Assembly: GCA_965140705.1 (NCBI GenBank)
Contig: OZ223300.1
Span: 1,056,001-1,120,000, forward strand
Reading direction: 5' to 3'
Source of the DNA: an uncultured Arcobacter sp.
GTDB lineage: Bacteria > Campylobacterota > Campylobacteria > Campylobacterales > Arcobacteraceae
DNA: 64,000 nt
Under the pieces are notes generated by a model, which was given only the letters and a program-made list of their open reading frames with translations, made no database searches and had not been told where the DNA came from. This document shows positions 20,463 through 30,631 of the stretch, one piece after another. The stretch's first letter is position 1, and each line of letters starts with the position of its first letter. Both the position numbers and the translations under genes were made by a program.

Positions 20463-20968
20463 ATTCTTTTTAGAACCTCTTTTTGAATTTTTAGTTCAAT
20501 ATCATCTAATATTCCCACAATATAGTTGTATCCAATATAATGTGGAATAGCTACAATTAACCCAGCCACAGTAGTAATAAGTGCTATTGAAATACCATTT
20601 GAAAAAATAGAAGGATCACCCAAGCCACTTTTTGTAATAGAATCAAATGAGTTCAAAACCCCAATAACAGTTCCTAAAAGTCCCAAAAGAGGAGCAATAG
20701 ATGCAATGATTTTTACAGTATTTAATCCAAACTCTAATTTTCTTATTCTTCTATTTATTACATTTTCAACAGATTCTTTTTCAAATGAACTGTTTGTAGT
20801 TTTTACAAAAGCTAATATATCTTGTACAATTTTCTCTTTTCCAGCTCTAGAAGATAGAATAACAACTAATTTCCAAAGCATTATTGTAAACCCAATAATA
20901 TTTAAAAATATAAGAATATATACTATAACTCCACCTCTATCAATGTAACTCATTAAATTAATTCCCAT
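20459..20968 (-). CDS. exbB: ExbB/MotA/TolQ proton channel
   Basis: APLLGLLGTVIG, GISIALITTVAGLIVAIP. Confidence 0.92.
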   Translation of the reverse strand: MGINLMSYIDRGGVIVYILIFLNIIGFTIMLWKLVVILSSRAGKEKIVQDILAFVKTTNSSFEKESVENVINRRIRKLEFGLNTVKIIASIAPLLGLLGTVIGVLNSFDSITKSGLGDPSIFSNGISIALITTVAGLIVAIPHYIGYNYIVGILDDIELKIQKEVLKRI

Positions 20969-20974
20969 TTATTT

Positions 20975-21685
20975 TTAACTCCTAATAATTTGATATAAAA
21001 CTGGAACTGTAATATTCCAAGAACTTTTATTTAGCTCTTCTGGAATTGGTTCGAAATGTTTTATTTTATTTATAATTTCAATTGCTGCTTTATTTAGTCT
21101 ATTATATTTTGACTTTTCTGTTATTTTGATATTTACAATATCTCCATTTTTTGCAATGGTAAAGTTTAAATATACTTTTCCCGTTTGATTAAGTCTTTTT
21201 GCACTATTTGGATATATTTTATTTTTTTCTATTAATTCTTTTAATTTTAATAAATATTCATTTTCTATGGCTTTTAATTTATCTAAATCAATCTGTTTAG
21301 TATTGTTTTTTGTTTTTTGTTCCACCTTGTGTTCAACCATTTTTTCCTTAAAAACTTTTTTTGGTTCTTTTTTATGAACAAGTTTTTTTATTGGCTTTTC
21401 TTTTTTTATAACTTTCTTTTTCTTTGTATGTTTGATGATATTTTTGCTTTTAGTTTTATGAAGTTTTTTTCTTACGATTTCTTTCTTTTTAATCTCTTTT
21501 TTAACTTCGACTTTTTTAACTTCTTGTTTTTTGATAATTATTTTTTTTAAGTTTATTTTATTGCTAGAGTTTGCAGGTTTGGGTGCAATAATTTTATTTT
21601 CTTCAGTATGTAATTGTGCAAATAAATAAATGTGTGTACAAATAACAAGTATAAATATTGATAATAGACTTTTCTTTTTTTCCAT
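20975..21685 (-). CDS. tonB: Energy transducer TonB with Lys-rich linker
   Basis: N-terminal TM with His, YP..A.R...G.V C-terminal domain. Confidence 0.88.
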   Translation of the reverse strand: MEKKKSLLSIFILVICTHIYLFAQLHTEENKIIAPKPANSSNKINLKKIIIKKQEVKKVEVKKEIKKKEIVRKKLHKTKSKNIIKHTKKKKVIKKEKPIKKLVHKKEPKKVFKEKMVEHKVEQKTKNNTKQIDLDKLKAIENEYLLKLKELIEKNKIYPNSAKRLNQTGKVYLNFTIAKNGDIVNIKITEKSKYNRLNKAAIEIINKIKHFEPIPEELNKSSWNITVPVLYQIIRS

Positions 21686-21706
21686 TTGAGAATATTAACA
21701 TAATAT

Positions 21707-21721
21707 TGATAATGATTATCT
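21707..21721. promoter_or_regulatory. Fur box upstream of tonB
   Basis: TGATAATGATTATCT, one mismatch to the 7-1-7 TGATAATnATTATCA consensus. Confidence 0.75.
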
Positions 21722-21792
21722 TAATTATTGTTTAAATTAAAGAATTTCTTTTTGAGTACAATATGAAGTCAATTTATGATAAAATCCGCCTT

Positions 21793-22623
21793 ATGAATAA
21801 AGAAGACTATTTTATAAAACAATTTAAAAATACTCATAAAAATATTATTGGTGATGATGGAGCTGTTGTGGGTTCTCATGTTTATAGTATGGATGCTTTT
21901 TTTGAAAATGTTCACTTTAAACGAGAGTGGATGAGCTTAAAAGAAATTGCTAGAAAAGCAATGCTTGTAAACATATCAGATGCCATAGTTATGAATGCCA
22001 TTCCAAAATATGCACTTATTAGTATAGCTATTCCTAAAGATTTTTCTAAAGATGATTTAAAAGAGTTAGCAAAAGGATTTAAAAGCATTGCCAAAAAATT
22101 TGGAATTAAAATAATTGGTGGCGATACAATATCAAACATCAAACTTGATATTTCTATAACAATTATTTCAAAAACAAAAAAACCAATATTTAGAAAAGGT
22201 TTAAAAAAAGATGATTTTCTTTGCTTTACAGGAGAGTTAGGAACTTGTAAAAAAGATTTAGAATCTTTATTACAAGGGAAAGAAGTCTCTAAAAAATCTA
22301 AGTTCATAAAACCGAAACTAAAACCTGAGTTTTTTTATGAAATCTCTCCTTATGTTAATTGTGCCCTTGATATTTCTGATGGTTTGTTTTTTGAACTTGA
22401 AAGATTGTCAGAAACAAACAACTTAGGATTTGAGTTTTTTGATAAGATTAGTAAAAACATAGGTTGTTCAGGAGAAGAGTATGAAATATTGTTCTCTTTT
22501 TCTCAAAAAAATAGAGATATTATCTCTAAAATAGCAAAAAAACATGAAGTAAAATTAAACATCTTTGCAAAAGCAGTTGATGGAACATATAAAGGTGATT
22601 GTAAAAATCATCATTTTAATTAA
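21793..22623 (+). CDS. thiL: Thiamine-monophosphate kinase
   Basis: IGDDGA, ENVHF, NISD, GGDT, DISDGL, GEEYEILF. Confidence 0.92.
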   Translation: MNKEDYFIKQFKNTHKNIIGDDGAVVGSHVYSMDAFFENVHFKREWMSLKEIARKAMLVNISDAIVMNAIPKYALISIAIPKDFSKDDLKELAKGFKSIAKKFGIKIIGGDTISNIKLDISITIISKTKKPIFRKGLKKDDFLCFTGELGTCKKDLESLLQGKEVSKKSKFIKPKLKPEFFYEISPYVNCALDISDGLFFELERLSETNNLGFEFFDKISKNIGCSGEEYEILFSFSQKNRDIISKIAKKHEVKLNIFAKAVDGTYKGDCKNHHFN

Positions 22624-22632
22624 GGGAAAATA

Positions 22633-23721
22633 TTGGAAGAAAACACAAACTTAAACAAACACAATTTACAATACTATTTAAATCACTCAAAAATAGATGT
22701 AATATTCAAACAAAATAAAGACGATTTCGTAGTAACAGAAATACCTTTATATGACTTTACAGGTGAGGGTGAACACATAGTAATAAAACTAAGAAAAAAA
22801 GATTTATCTACTTGGGATGCTTTACAAATTATTGCAGATAGTATTGGATGTAAATTAAGAGATATAGGATATGCAGGATTAAAAGATAAAAATGCAATGA
22901 CTATACAACATATCTCTATTCCTAAACAATTTGAAGAGAAAATAAACAGCTTTACCCATGAAAATATTAAGTTCTTAGAAACTATTAATCATAACAATAA
23001 AATAAGAATAGGTCATCTAAAAGGTAATAAGTTTTTTATTAGATTAAAAAGGGTTAGTCTAATGGATGCTAAGAAGATAGAACAAGCTTTAAGTAAAATT
23101 GCTACATATGGTATTCCAAATTATTTTGGTGTTCAAAGATTTGGTGCTTATGGTGATAACCATGAAAAAGGTCAACAAATAGTTGAAGGTACATTAAAAG
23201 AGAAAAGAAGAAATCTAAAACAGATGTATTTAAATGCTTATCAAAGTTTTTTATTTAACTCTTGGCTTTCAAAAAGAGTTGAAATTTCAAAACTAATTGA
23301 TGCCTTTGAACCAAAAGAGATTTGTGAAAAAGTTGGACTTTCTCAAGATATTGTAAAACAAATGAAAGCTCAAGAACACCCTTTTAAAATGCTTCCTGGT
23401 GAACTTATGAGTCATTATCCTTTTGGAAAAATATTTATAGCTGAAGAGTTAGAAGTAGAAAGCGATAAATTTTATAAAAAAGATAGAGTTCCTACTGGAT
23501 TATTGCCTGGTAAAAGAGTAAAAGTAAGTGAAGGTTTAGCTCAAGAATTTGAAAAGGAATTTGATAAAAAAACATTTGAAGATGGGGCTAGAAGATTTGC
23601 TTGGGTTTTCCCAGAGGAAATAGAATCTAACTATAAAGAAGATAAAAATTGGTTTGAACTTTCTTTTACATTACCAAAAGGTTCATATGCTACACAAGTT
23701 ATTTCAGAGATAATACATTAA
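22633..23721 (+). CDS. truD: tRNA pseudouridine(13) synthase
   Basis: YAGLKDK, GHLKGNKF, PNYFGVQRFG, FTLPKGSYAT. Confidence 0.95.
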   Translation: MEENTNLNKHNLQYYLNHSKIDVIFKQNKDDFVVTEIPLYDFTGEGEHIVIKLRKKDLSTWDALQIIADSIGCKLRDIGYAGLKDKNAMTIQHISIPKQFEEKINSFTHENIKFLETINHNNKIRIGHLKGNKFFIRLKRVSLMDAKKIEQALSKIATYGIPNYFGVQRFGAYGDNHEKGQQIVEGTLKEKRRNLKQMYLNAYQSFLFNSWLSKRVEISKLIDAFEPKEICEKVGLSQDIVKQMKAQEHPFKMLPGELMSHYPFGKIFIAEELEVESDKFYKKDRVPTGLLPGKRVKVSEGLAQEFEKEFDKKTFEDGARRFAWVFPEEIESNYKEDKNWFELSFTLPKGSYATQVISEIIH

Positions 23722-23811
23722 TAAATGCTTAAAAAAAGATTATATTTTTAAGCTTAGCTTTGATAAACTTTATTTTATACAAAAGTTAATGCTTTAAATA
23801 AGAGGTTTATC

Positions 23812-24147
23812 ATGAATTATGAAGAAGTAGTTGTCGAATTAGACCATGTAATAAAAAGTTCTGAAAAGGTAGCTGTCTCTGTTTTTGATAAACTAGAATT
23901 AGCTTTATCTTATACTAAAGAAAAAAAATCAAGTGATTTGATTATGGAAGTTATGAATACAATTCAAGAAGAGGATATCTTCAGACAAAAACTTGAAAGA
24001 GTTGTAAATTGTATTTGTGAAGCTCAAGGGATAGATTGTGCAAGATTTAATATAGCACCAACTGCAAAACATATTTCAGGCGATGATTATGAAGATGAGA
24101 TTTCTCAAGAAGAAATCGACAAAATGTTTGCTAATATGAATAAATAG
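23812..24147 (+). CDS. Small CheZ-like protein
   Basis: DIFRQKLERV (DxxxQ) and acidic tail ISQEEIDKMF. Confidence 0.6.
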   Translation: MNYEEVVVELDHVIKSSEKVAVSVFDKLELALSYTKEKKSSDLIMEVMNTIQEEDIFRQKLERVVNCICEAQGIDCARFNIAPTAKHISGDDYEDEISQEEIDKMFANMNK

Positions 24148-24161
24148 AAAGTTTAAACTCT

Positions 24162-26348
24162 CTATTTATTACATACTTCTTTTTTAAGAGTATTTAAAGT
24201 TCCAAATATTCTTAAAGACTCTATCTCAACTTCTTTTGCTTTTTCATTTAAAATATTATTTGGTTCATTATTTGCATTTGCATCAGTTAATGCTTGTATC
24301 TTTCTTGCTAATGAACTATTTAGGGTTTTAAGCTCTTCAAGTGAATTAGATGCTTTAATATTGTACGTTTCTTCAAAATTACTAATAAATGTAGAGAGAA
24401 CTTCTGAAGGCGTTGCACTCCATTTAGTTTTTTCACCCAATCTAGAATAAGCTTGATCTTTTAATTCTAAAACATTTACTTTAACTTTTGCTGCATCATA
24501 AACTAAGTCTACATTACATACTTGTTCTCTAGCTTCTTGAATAAAACTAGCTCTTGAAGCAGCTGTTACAAGAGAGTTTGACATATTTGCAATAAGACTT
24601 GACATATTTGAAATATCTTCTGCTACTCCTGCATTTTGTTGTGTAACTTGATCCAATGTTGTAACTGCATCATTGATTTGTCTAATACCAGCTTCTTGTT
24701 CTTTAGCAGCATTTGAAACATTATCAATCATTACTATTGTATCTGTAACATTTTGATTTAATTCATTATATCCTTCAATCATTTTATTTGAAATATCTTG
24801 TCCACCTTTTGCTTTCATTGAAGCAGCTTCAACAATATCTTTTATCTCTTTAGCAGCTTCTGCACTTCTTGATGCTAGGTTTCTCACTTCTTGAGCAACT
24901 ACAGCAAAACCTTTACCAGCTTCCCCAGCAGTTGCAGCTTCCACAGCAGCATTAAGTGAAAGGATATTTGTTTGAAATGCAATTTGATCAATTATTTCAA
25001 TAGCTTCATTTATTGAGCTTACTTGTTTATTGATATCTTCCATTGAATGAGCAGTTTGATTTGCTAAATTTTGTCCATTTTTTGCAGAAGCAGTAAGTTC
25101 TTGAGATAATAGCTTCATTTTACTAGCTGCTTCATTTGTTCCTTTTATATTAGAAGTTATTTGTTCTAATGCAGCAGCTGTCTCTTCTAAAGATGCAGCT
25201 TGTTTATTTGATGATTTAGATAAATTACTTGCGGCATCTGATAATGTTTGAGTATTTTCATTTAGTGAATCACCAGTATTCATAATCATTGCTAAAATTT
25301 CAGAGGTATTATGTCCTACAAGCTTTATTCCAGCTGTAAGTGAACCTAAATCTCCATAAATATTCTTATCATCGATTTGTGCATCAAATTTTGATTCTGA
25401 ATATTGTTTTAAAGTAGCATTTATTTTTTCTAGGGTAGCTCTAGTTCCACTAATCATAGTGTTAAGTTTATTTTTTAAATCTTCAACATGAGGGTTTGAT
25501 GCTTTTGAATTTACATTATAAACAAAGAACCCATTGCCTGTTTTTTCTAAAATATCATTTGCTTCTTCAATAACTTTTGCATCAAGGGCAAGTCCCTCAT
25601 TTACCTTATCCATATATGAATTAAATAAATCGGCAACTTCAGAAATTTCATCTTTTGATTGAACACTTAATCTTATATTAGTATCATTTGATTCAATTAA
25701 GTTTGTAAAACCTGATTTTAAAGACTCAATAGGGTTTGTAGCTCTTTTAACTAAGAAGAAAATCAATGCAATAGTCAAGGCACTAAGTATAAGTGAAGTA
25801 GTAGAAATACTTAAAACTAAATCAACTAATTCTCTATCTGAATCTTGTAGTGAAAAAGTTAAATCCATTACACCAATTACATCTCCAACTTGTTGATTAG
25901 CATGGCACATAATACAATCTTTTTCAGCAATCATAGGTTTAATCATTCTAATTTCATGACTACCATTATCTGTTGATTCAAAAAGTTGTGATTTTTTACT
26001 AGCAAAAGATTCTAAAATGTTTGGGTCTTCTGTGTATTTTGTCCCTTGTGCATACATTTCAATTAATGGTTTACTCTTAGCAACAGTCAAGTTTTTAACA
26101 CCCTTTATAGTTGCTGCATCTTTTTCTGCCTTTTGAATAGTTGCAACATCTCCTGTTGACATTGCATTTCTTAGACTTTGAAACATAGCTGTATTTAACA
26201 TTGCTAAATATTCTTTTGTGGTATTTAAAGAATCTCTTTTTACTTCTGTTGTAGTAAAGTATATTACAGATGTACTACTAATTGTCATTAAAATAATTAG
26301 TGCGAATATTATTTTATTACTTATTTTTTTCGATATGAATCCGAACAT
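24162..26348 (-). CDS. Methyl-accepting chemotaxis protein with periplasmic c-type heme motif
   Basis: Two TMs, CIMCH in sensor domain, [17 protein letters not shown] signalling tip. Confidence 0.92.
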   Translation of the reverse strand: MFGFISKKISNKIIFALIILMTISSTSVIYFTTTEVKRDSLNTTKEYLAMLNTAMFQSLRNAMSTGDVATIQKAEKDAATIKGVKNLTVAKSKPLIEMYAQGTKYTEDPNILESFASKKSQLFESTDNGSHEIRMIKPMIAEKDCIMCHANQQVGDVIGVMDLTFSLQDSDRELVDLVLSISTTSLILSALTIALIFFLVKRATNPIESLKSGFTNLIESNDTNIRLSVQSKDEISEVADLFNSYMDKVNEGLALDAKVIEEANDILEKTGNGFFVYNVNSKASNPHVEDLKNKLNTMISGTRATLEKINATLKQYSESKFDAQIDDKNIYGDLGSLTAGIKLVGHNTSEILAMIMNTGDSLNENTQTLSDAASNLSKSSNKQAASLEETAAALEQITSNIKGTNEAASKMKLLSQELTASAKNGQNLANQTAHSMEDINKQVSSINEAIEIIDQIAFQTNILSLNAAVEAATAGEAGKGFAVVAQEVRNLASRSAEAAKEIKDIVEAASMKAKGGQDISNKMIEGYNELNQNVTDTIVMIDNVSNAAKEQEAGIRQINDAVTTLDQVTQQNAGVAEDISNMSSLIANMSNSLVTAASRASFIQEAREQVCNVDLVYDAAKVKVNVLELKDQAYSRLGEKTKWSATPSEVLSTFISNFEETYNIKASNSLEELKTLNSSLARKIQALTDANANNEPNNILNEKAKEVEIESLRIFGTLNTLKKEVCNK

Positions 26349-26433
26349 TTATTTACCTTAATCTTTAAGTTGCAATAGTATATAATTAAATCTATTTATA
26401 AACAATAAAAACTTAAAGAGATTTGATAAAATA

Positions 26434-26994
26434 ATGATAGTTGGAATAAACGGTAATATAATTAGAAAAGAGCCAACCCTATTACATATTAATGTTAATG
26501 GGCTAGTTTATGAAGTTTTTGTATCTGTTAACTGTAGTTCTAAGATAACAGAAAATAATATTTCATTGCATACTACATACATAATAAGAGAAGATTCTCA
26601 GGCTTTGTATGGCTTTATTGATGTAAATGAAAAAAAACTTTTTGATACAGTTATAAAAATAAATGGGGTAGGACCTAAAGTAGCCCTTGCTATTTGTTCA
26701 ACATTTACTCCAAGTTCTTTTTCTCAAATAGTAAGTTCAAATGATATCTCAATGTTAAAAAGAGTTCCAGGTATTGGTCCAAAAGGTGCTAGTAGAATTT
26801 TGGTTGAATTATCTGGATTTGTTATTGATGGAAATAGTGATGAAGATTCAGTTGGAACAAATATGATGGAAGCATCTATGGCATTGGAATCATTAGGATT
26901 CAAAAAAGATGTTATAAGTAAAGCATTAAAAAGCTGTAGTGCTACAAATACAAGTGACTTGGTAAGAGAAGCACTTAAAAAATTACAAAAATAG
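26434..26994 (+). CDS. ruvA: Holliday junction branch migration protein RuvA
   Basis: [26 protein letters not shown]. Confidence 0.95.
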   Translation: MIVGINGNIIRKEPTLLHINVNGLVYEVFVSVNCSSKITENNISLHTTYIIREDSQALYGFIDVNEKKLFDTVIKINGVGPKVALAICSTFTPSSFSQIVSSNDISMLKRVPGIGPKGASRILVELSGFVIDGNSDEDSVGTNMMEASMALESLGFKKDVISKALKSCSATNTSDLVREALKKLQK

Positions 26995-27013
26995 ATTTAA
27001 AGGTTAGATAAGA

Positions 27014-28048
27014 ATGAAGATTGCTATAGTTTTTGGTGGAAGCAGTTATGAACATGAGATTTCAATAGTATCTGCTATTGCGATGAAAGATGTGATAAAA
27101 AGTGAATTAGAGTATATATTTTTAGATGAGAACAGAGATTTTTATCATATTCCTACTAAAACAATAAAGTCAAAACTTTTTAGTACTGGTGAGTATAAAA
27201 AGTGTGATAAATTAAATATCAAAAAAGGTGGCTTTTCAAAAAAAGCTATGTTTGGAGAAAAAAATGTTGAGTTTGATATTGTCTTAAATTTAATCCATGG
27301 TGGTGATGGTGAAGATGGGACAGTTGCTTCTCTTTTTGAATTTTTTGATATAAAATATATAGGTCCAAGAGTTGGAGCTTGTAGTGTAAGTTTCAATAAG
27401 TTTTTGACAAAAGGGTATGCTTCATCTTTAGGTATTAAAACAATACCTTATCAATACTTTACAAAATTTGATGAAATAAGTATTGATGAATTTCCAGTAA
27501 TCGTAAAACCAGTTACTTTAGGAAGTTCGATTGGGGTTAGTATTGTAAAAACAAAAGAAGAGTTAAGTTATGCACTTGATGTTGCTTTTGAGTTTGATAA
27601 TGCAGTTTTAATAGAGACTTTCGTACCAAATATAAAAGAGTATAATCTTGCAGGTTATAAAATAGGAAATGAAATCAAATACTCAATAGTAGAAGAGCCA
27701 CAAAAAGCTGATTTTTTAGATTTCGATAAAAAGTATCTTGATTTTGCAAGAACTGAGAGAGTAAGTGTTGCTAATATTAGTGATGAGTTAAAAGAGAAAC
27801 TAAAAAATGCTTTTGCAACTATTTATAATACAACATTTAATGATGCGATGATTAGATGCGATTTTTTTGTAATTGATGATGAAGTTTATTTAAATGAGAT
27901 TAACCCAATCCCTGGTTCTATGGCAAACTATCTGTTTGAAGATTTTGATGCAAGTATAAAAGAGCTATCAAAATCATTGAGACTAAAAGATAAAATTAAA
28001 ATCTCATACGATTATGTAAACAAAATCCAATCGGCCAAAGGTAAATAA
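27014..28048 (+). CDS. ddl: D-alanine--D-alanine ligase
   Basis: GGSSYEHEIS, HGGDGEDG, GSSIGV, NEINPIPG. Confidence 0.95.
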   Translation: MKIAIVFGGSSYEHEISIVSAIAMKDVIKSELEYIFLDENRDFYHIPTKTIKSKLFSTGEYKKCDKLNIKKGGFSKKAMFGEKNVEFDIVLNLIHGGDGEDGTVASLFEFFDIKYIGPRVGACSVSFNKFLTKGYASSLGIKTIPYQYFTKFDEISIDEFPVIVKPVTLGSSIGVSIVKTKEELSYALDVAFEFDNAVLIETFVPNIKEYNLAGYKIGNEIKYSIVEEPQKADFLDFDKKYLDFARTERVSVANISDELKEKLKNAFATIYNTTFNDAMIRCDFFVIDDEVYLNEINPIPGSMANYLFEDFDASIKELSKSLRLKDKIKISYDYVNKIQSAKGK

Positions 28049-28051
28049 ACC

Positions 28052-28771
28052 TTGGCTTTAAAATCAATTCAATACGATAATAAAACTTTTGATATCTCAT
28101 ATGAAATAATAAATCAATCTTCAAAAAAAGATATTATTATTCTTCATGGTTGGGGTTCAAATAAAGATATCATGAGTAAAAATTTCAAAAGCTATTTACC
28201 AAGTTTTAGGCAAATATATGTTGACCTACCAGGTTTTGGAAAAAGTCCTACGCAATATGTACTTACAACAGATGATTATACAAATATTATGGAGATATTT
28301 TTAAAATCTATTTCTGCTTCAAAAGATACAATTATGGGACACTCATATGGTGGAAAAGTTGCCACAAAATTAAATCCCAAAAATCTTATACTTTTAAGTA
28401 GTGCTGGAATAGTAGAAGAAAAATCAGCAAAAGTAAAAAGAAAAATTAAAATGGCTAAGTTATTTAAAGCCTTAGGGTTAGGTGGTATTACTAAGATTTT
28501 TAGAAGTAAAGATGTGGATAATATGAGTGAAAATATGTATGAGACTTTTAAAAATGTACTAAATGAAGATTTTACAGAAGAGTTTAAAAACTTTTCTGGA
28601 AAAGCATATATATTTTGGGGTGAAAGTGATACTGCTGTTTCTTTAGAATCTGGTAAAAAAATAGCCTCACTCATAAAAAACAGTGAATTTAAATCATATG
28701 AAGGGACTCATTTTTTCTTTGTTGAACATGCAAAAGATATAAGTGAGAGAGTAGAAAATGGAATACTTTAA
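28052..28771 (+). CDS. Alpha/beta hydrolase
   Basis: LHGWG, DLPGFG, GHSYGG. Confidence 0.9.
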   Translation: MALKSIQYDNKTFDISYEIINQSSKKDIIILHGWGSNKDIMSKNFKSYLPSFRQIYVDLPGFGKSPTQYVLTTDDYTNIMEIFLKSISASKDTIMGHSYGGKVATKLNPKNLILLSSAGIVEEKSAKVKRKIKMAKLFKALGLGGITKIFRSKDVDNMSENMYETFKNVLNEDFTEEFKNFSGKAYIFWGESDTAVSLESGKKIASLIKNSEFKSYEGTHFFFVEHAKDISERVENGIL

Positions 28772-30194
28772 TATATTTACACATTTAGTTTTAGTTATGT
28801 CACTTGGTTGGTATTTGATTACCAATTTACAATGGTATAGCTATAAGTTAGAAAGAGTTGTCTTTAAGCATCATAAACTGCATTGGCATATCATATATTT
28901 TGTGACACCTTTTGTAATGTATTATTTATTGCCATCCTTATACTTTTTGATATATTTTTATGCTTTATATTTACCTTTATTGATTTTATGGAATATGAAA
29001 CTTGATAAACCTTTGGTTTTAACTTCACGGGTTCAAAGATTTTTAGCGATACTTTTATTTGTAACATTTAGTATAAGTCTTTTATGTTTTGTAAGTGAAA
29101 ATTGTAAATCTGCTGGCATTTTTATTCCACTATTTATAGCTTATTTGGTCTCTTTTTCATTGGAAAGAATATTTTTTATCTCTTTTAAACATAGAGCTAA
29201 AAAAAGACTTCAAGGTATAAAAGATTTAAAAATCATAGCAATTACTGCATCATATGGAAAAACATCTATAAAGAACTATTTATATCAAATACTTAAGTCA
29301 AAGTTCAATGCCTATAAGACTCCAAGAAGTGTAAATACCCTAGCAGGACTTGTGTTAGATGTAAATAGAGACTTACCAGAAAATACTGAGATATACATAG
29401 CAGAAGCGGGTGCTAGAATGCAAGGTGATATAGAAGAGATATCAAACTTCTTGCATCAAGATTATGCAATCTTAGGTCAAGTAGGGGAGCAACATATAGA
29501 GTATTTCAAAACTTTGGATAATATTATTCACACTAAAATGGAAATTTTAAAATCTCCAAAGATGATAAAAGCTTTTGTACATGAATCTGTACCAATTTTG
29601 GATTATGAAAAAATAGAAAAATTTCCAAATGATTTAAACATAACAAAAAGTAATTTAGATGGAATCTGGTTTGATGTAAATATTGATGAAAAACAAGAAC
29701 ATTTTTACGCACCAATACTTGGAAGTTTCAACGCAGTAAATCTAACAGCTTGTATTCTTATGGCAAAAGAGTTAGGTATGAGTATAGATCAAATAAAAAT
29801 AGCCCTAGATAAAATCAAGCCAGTAGAACATAGACTTCAAAAAATAGAAGCTGGTGGAAAAGTAATCATTGATGATAGTTTTAATGGAAATTTTGAGGGT
29901 ATGCTTGAAGCTGTAAATCTTTGTAGTGAATACAAAGGAAGAAAAGTAATCATAACTCCAGGTCTTGTAGAATCAACTGATGAGACAAATATCCTTTTAG
30001 CAAAAGAGATAAATAAACACTTCGATTTTATTATTTTAACTGGTTCATTAAATACTCATCTTTTTAGTGATAATATTGATAAAAATAAACAGTTTATCTT
30101 AAAAGATAAATCAAAAATGGAAGAGACTTTAGCAGAAAAAACAAGAGCAGGAGATTTAATCCTTTTTGCAAACGACGCTCCTAATTTTATTTAA
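28758..30194 (+). CDS. murF: Mur ligase (MurF-like) with N-terminal membrane domain
   Basis: ITASYGKT, HRLQ, IDDSFNGN; downstream of ddl. Confidence 0.8.
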   Translation: MEYFNIFTHLVLVMSLGWYLITNLQWYSYKLERVVFKHHKLHWHIIYFVTPFVMYYLLPSLYFLIYFYALYLPLLILWNMKLDKPLVLTSRVQRFLAILLFVTFSISLLCFVSENCKSAGIFIPLFIAYLVSFSLERIFFISFKHRAKKRLQGIKDLKIIAITASYGKTSIKNYLYQILKSKFNAYKTPRSVNTLAGLVLDVNRDLPENTEIYIAEAGARMQGDIEEISNFLHQDYAILGQVGEQHIEYFKTLDNIIHTKMEILKSPKMIKAFVHESVPILDYEKIEKFPNDLNITKSNLDGIWFDVNIDEKQEHFYAPILGSFNAVNLTACILMAKELGMSIDQIKIALDKIKPVEHRLQKIEAGGKVIIDDSFNGNFEGMLEAVNLCSEYKGRKVIITPGLVESTDETNILLAKEINKHFDFIILTGSLNTHLFSDNIDKNKQFILKDKSKMEETLAEKTRAGDLILFANDAPNFI

Positions 30195-30210
30195 GCTTTT
30201 GGCTTAGATA

Positions 30211-30245
30211 AAATTAAGTGAATAAGGAATAGTGAATAATGAATA
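30211..30245 (+). repeat. Left heptamer array (NNGAATA x4), inverted relative to 30594-30625
   Basis: GTGAATA AGGAATA GTGAATA ATGAATA at 30218-30245. Confidence 0.85.
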
Positions 30246-30592
30246 ATATTTTAGAATCTAAAAGTTATGATTTTGCTTTACGGATTGTAAAATTGTCTCG
30301 TTATTTACAAGAAGAAAAAAAAGAATTTATTTTATCTAAACAAATTCTTAGAAGTGGTACTGCAATTGGTGCTTTAGTTGCAGAATCACAATATGCCCAA
30401 TCAAAACCTGATTTTATTTCAAAGTTGCATATCTCTATAAAAGAGGCTAATGAAACTAAGTATTGGCTTTGCTTATTAAAAGATTCTTTTTATATAAATG
30501 ATAAAATGTACGATAGTTTAAATCCTGATTTGATAGAATTAATTAAAATATTAACTACAAGTATTAAAACAGCTAAGGAAAACAATGCTTAA
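30239..30592 (+). CDS. Four helix bundle protein (23S rRNA IVP/Avd-like family)
   Basis: LSKQILRSGTAIGALVAE...DFISKLHISIKEANETKYWL. Confidence 0.9.
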   Translation: MNNILESKSYDFALRIVKLSRYLQEEKKEFILSKQILRSGTAIGALVAESQYAQSKPDFISKLHISIKEANETKYWLCLLKDSFYINDKMYDSLNPDLIELIKILTTSIKTAKENNA

Positions 30593-30593
30593 A

Positions 30594-30625
30594 ATTATTC
30601 ACTATTCATTATTCACTATTAATTT
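30594..30625 (-). repeat. Right heptamer array (TATTCAY x3)
   Basis: TATTCAC TATTCAT TATTCAC at 30596-30616; 23/24 complementary to 30217-30240. Confidence 0.85.
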
Positions 30626-30631
30626 CTTTAC

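Noticed and set aside
21300..21560. T-rich low-complexity stretch
   Set aside because: Explained by the Lys-rich TonB linker on the minus strand.
26434..30194. ruvA without ruvB, and membrane-anchored MurF
   Set aside because: ruvA-ddl-hydrolase-murF is an arrangement also known from Campylobacter.
30211..30625. Heptamer arrays as CRISPR or as part of a DGR
   Set aside because: No spacers or cas genes; no reverse transcriptase or template/variable repeat pair in the window.
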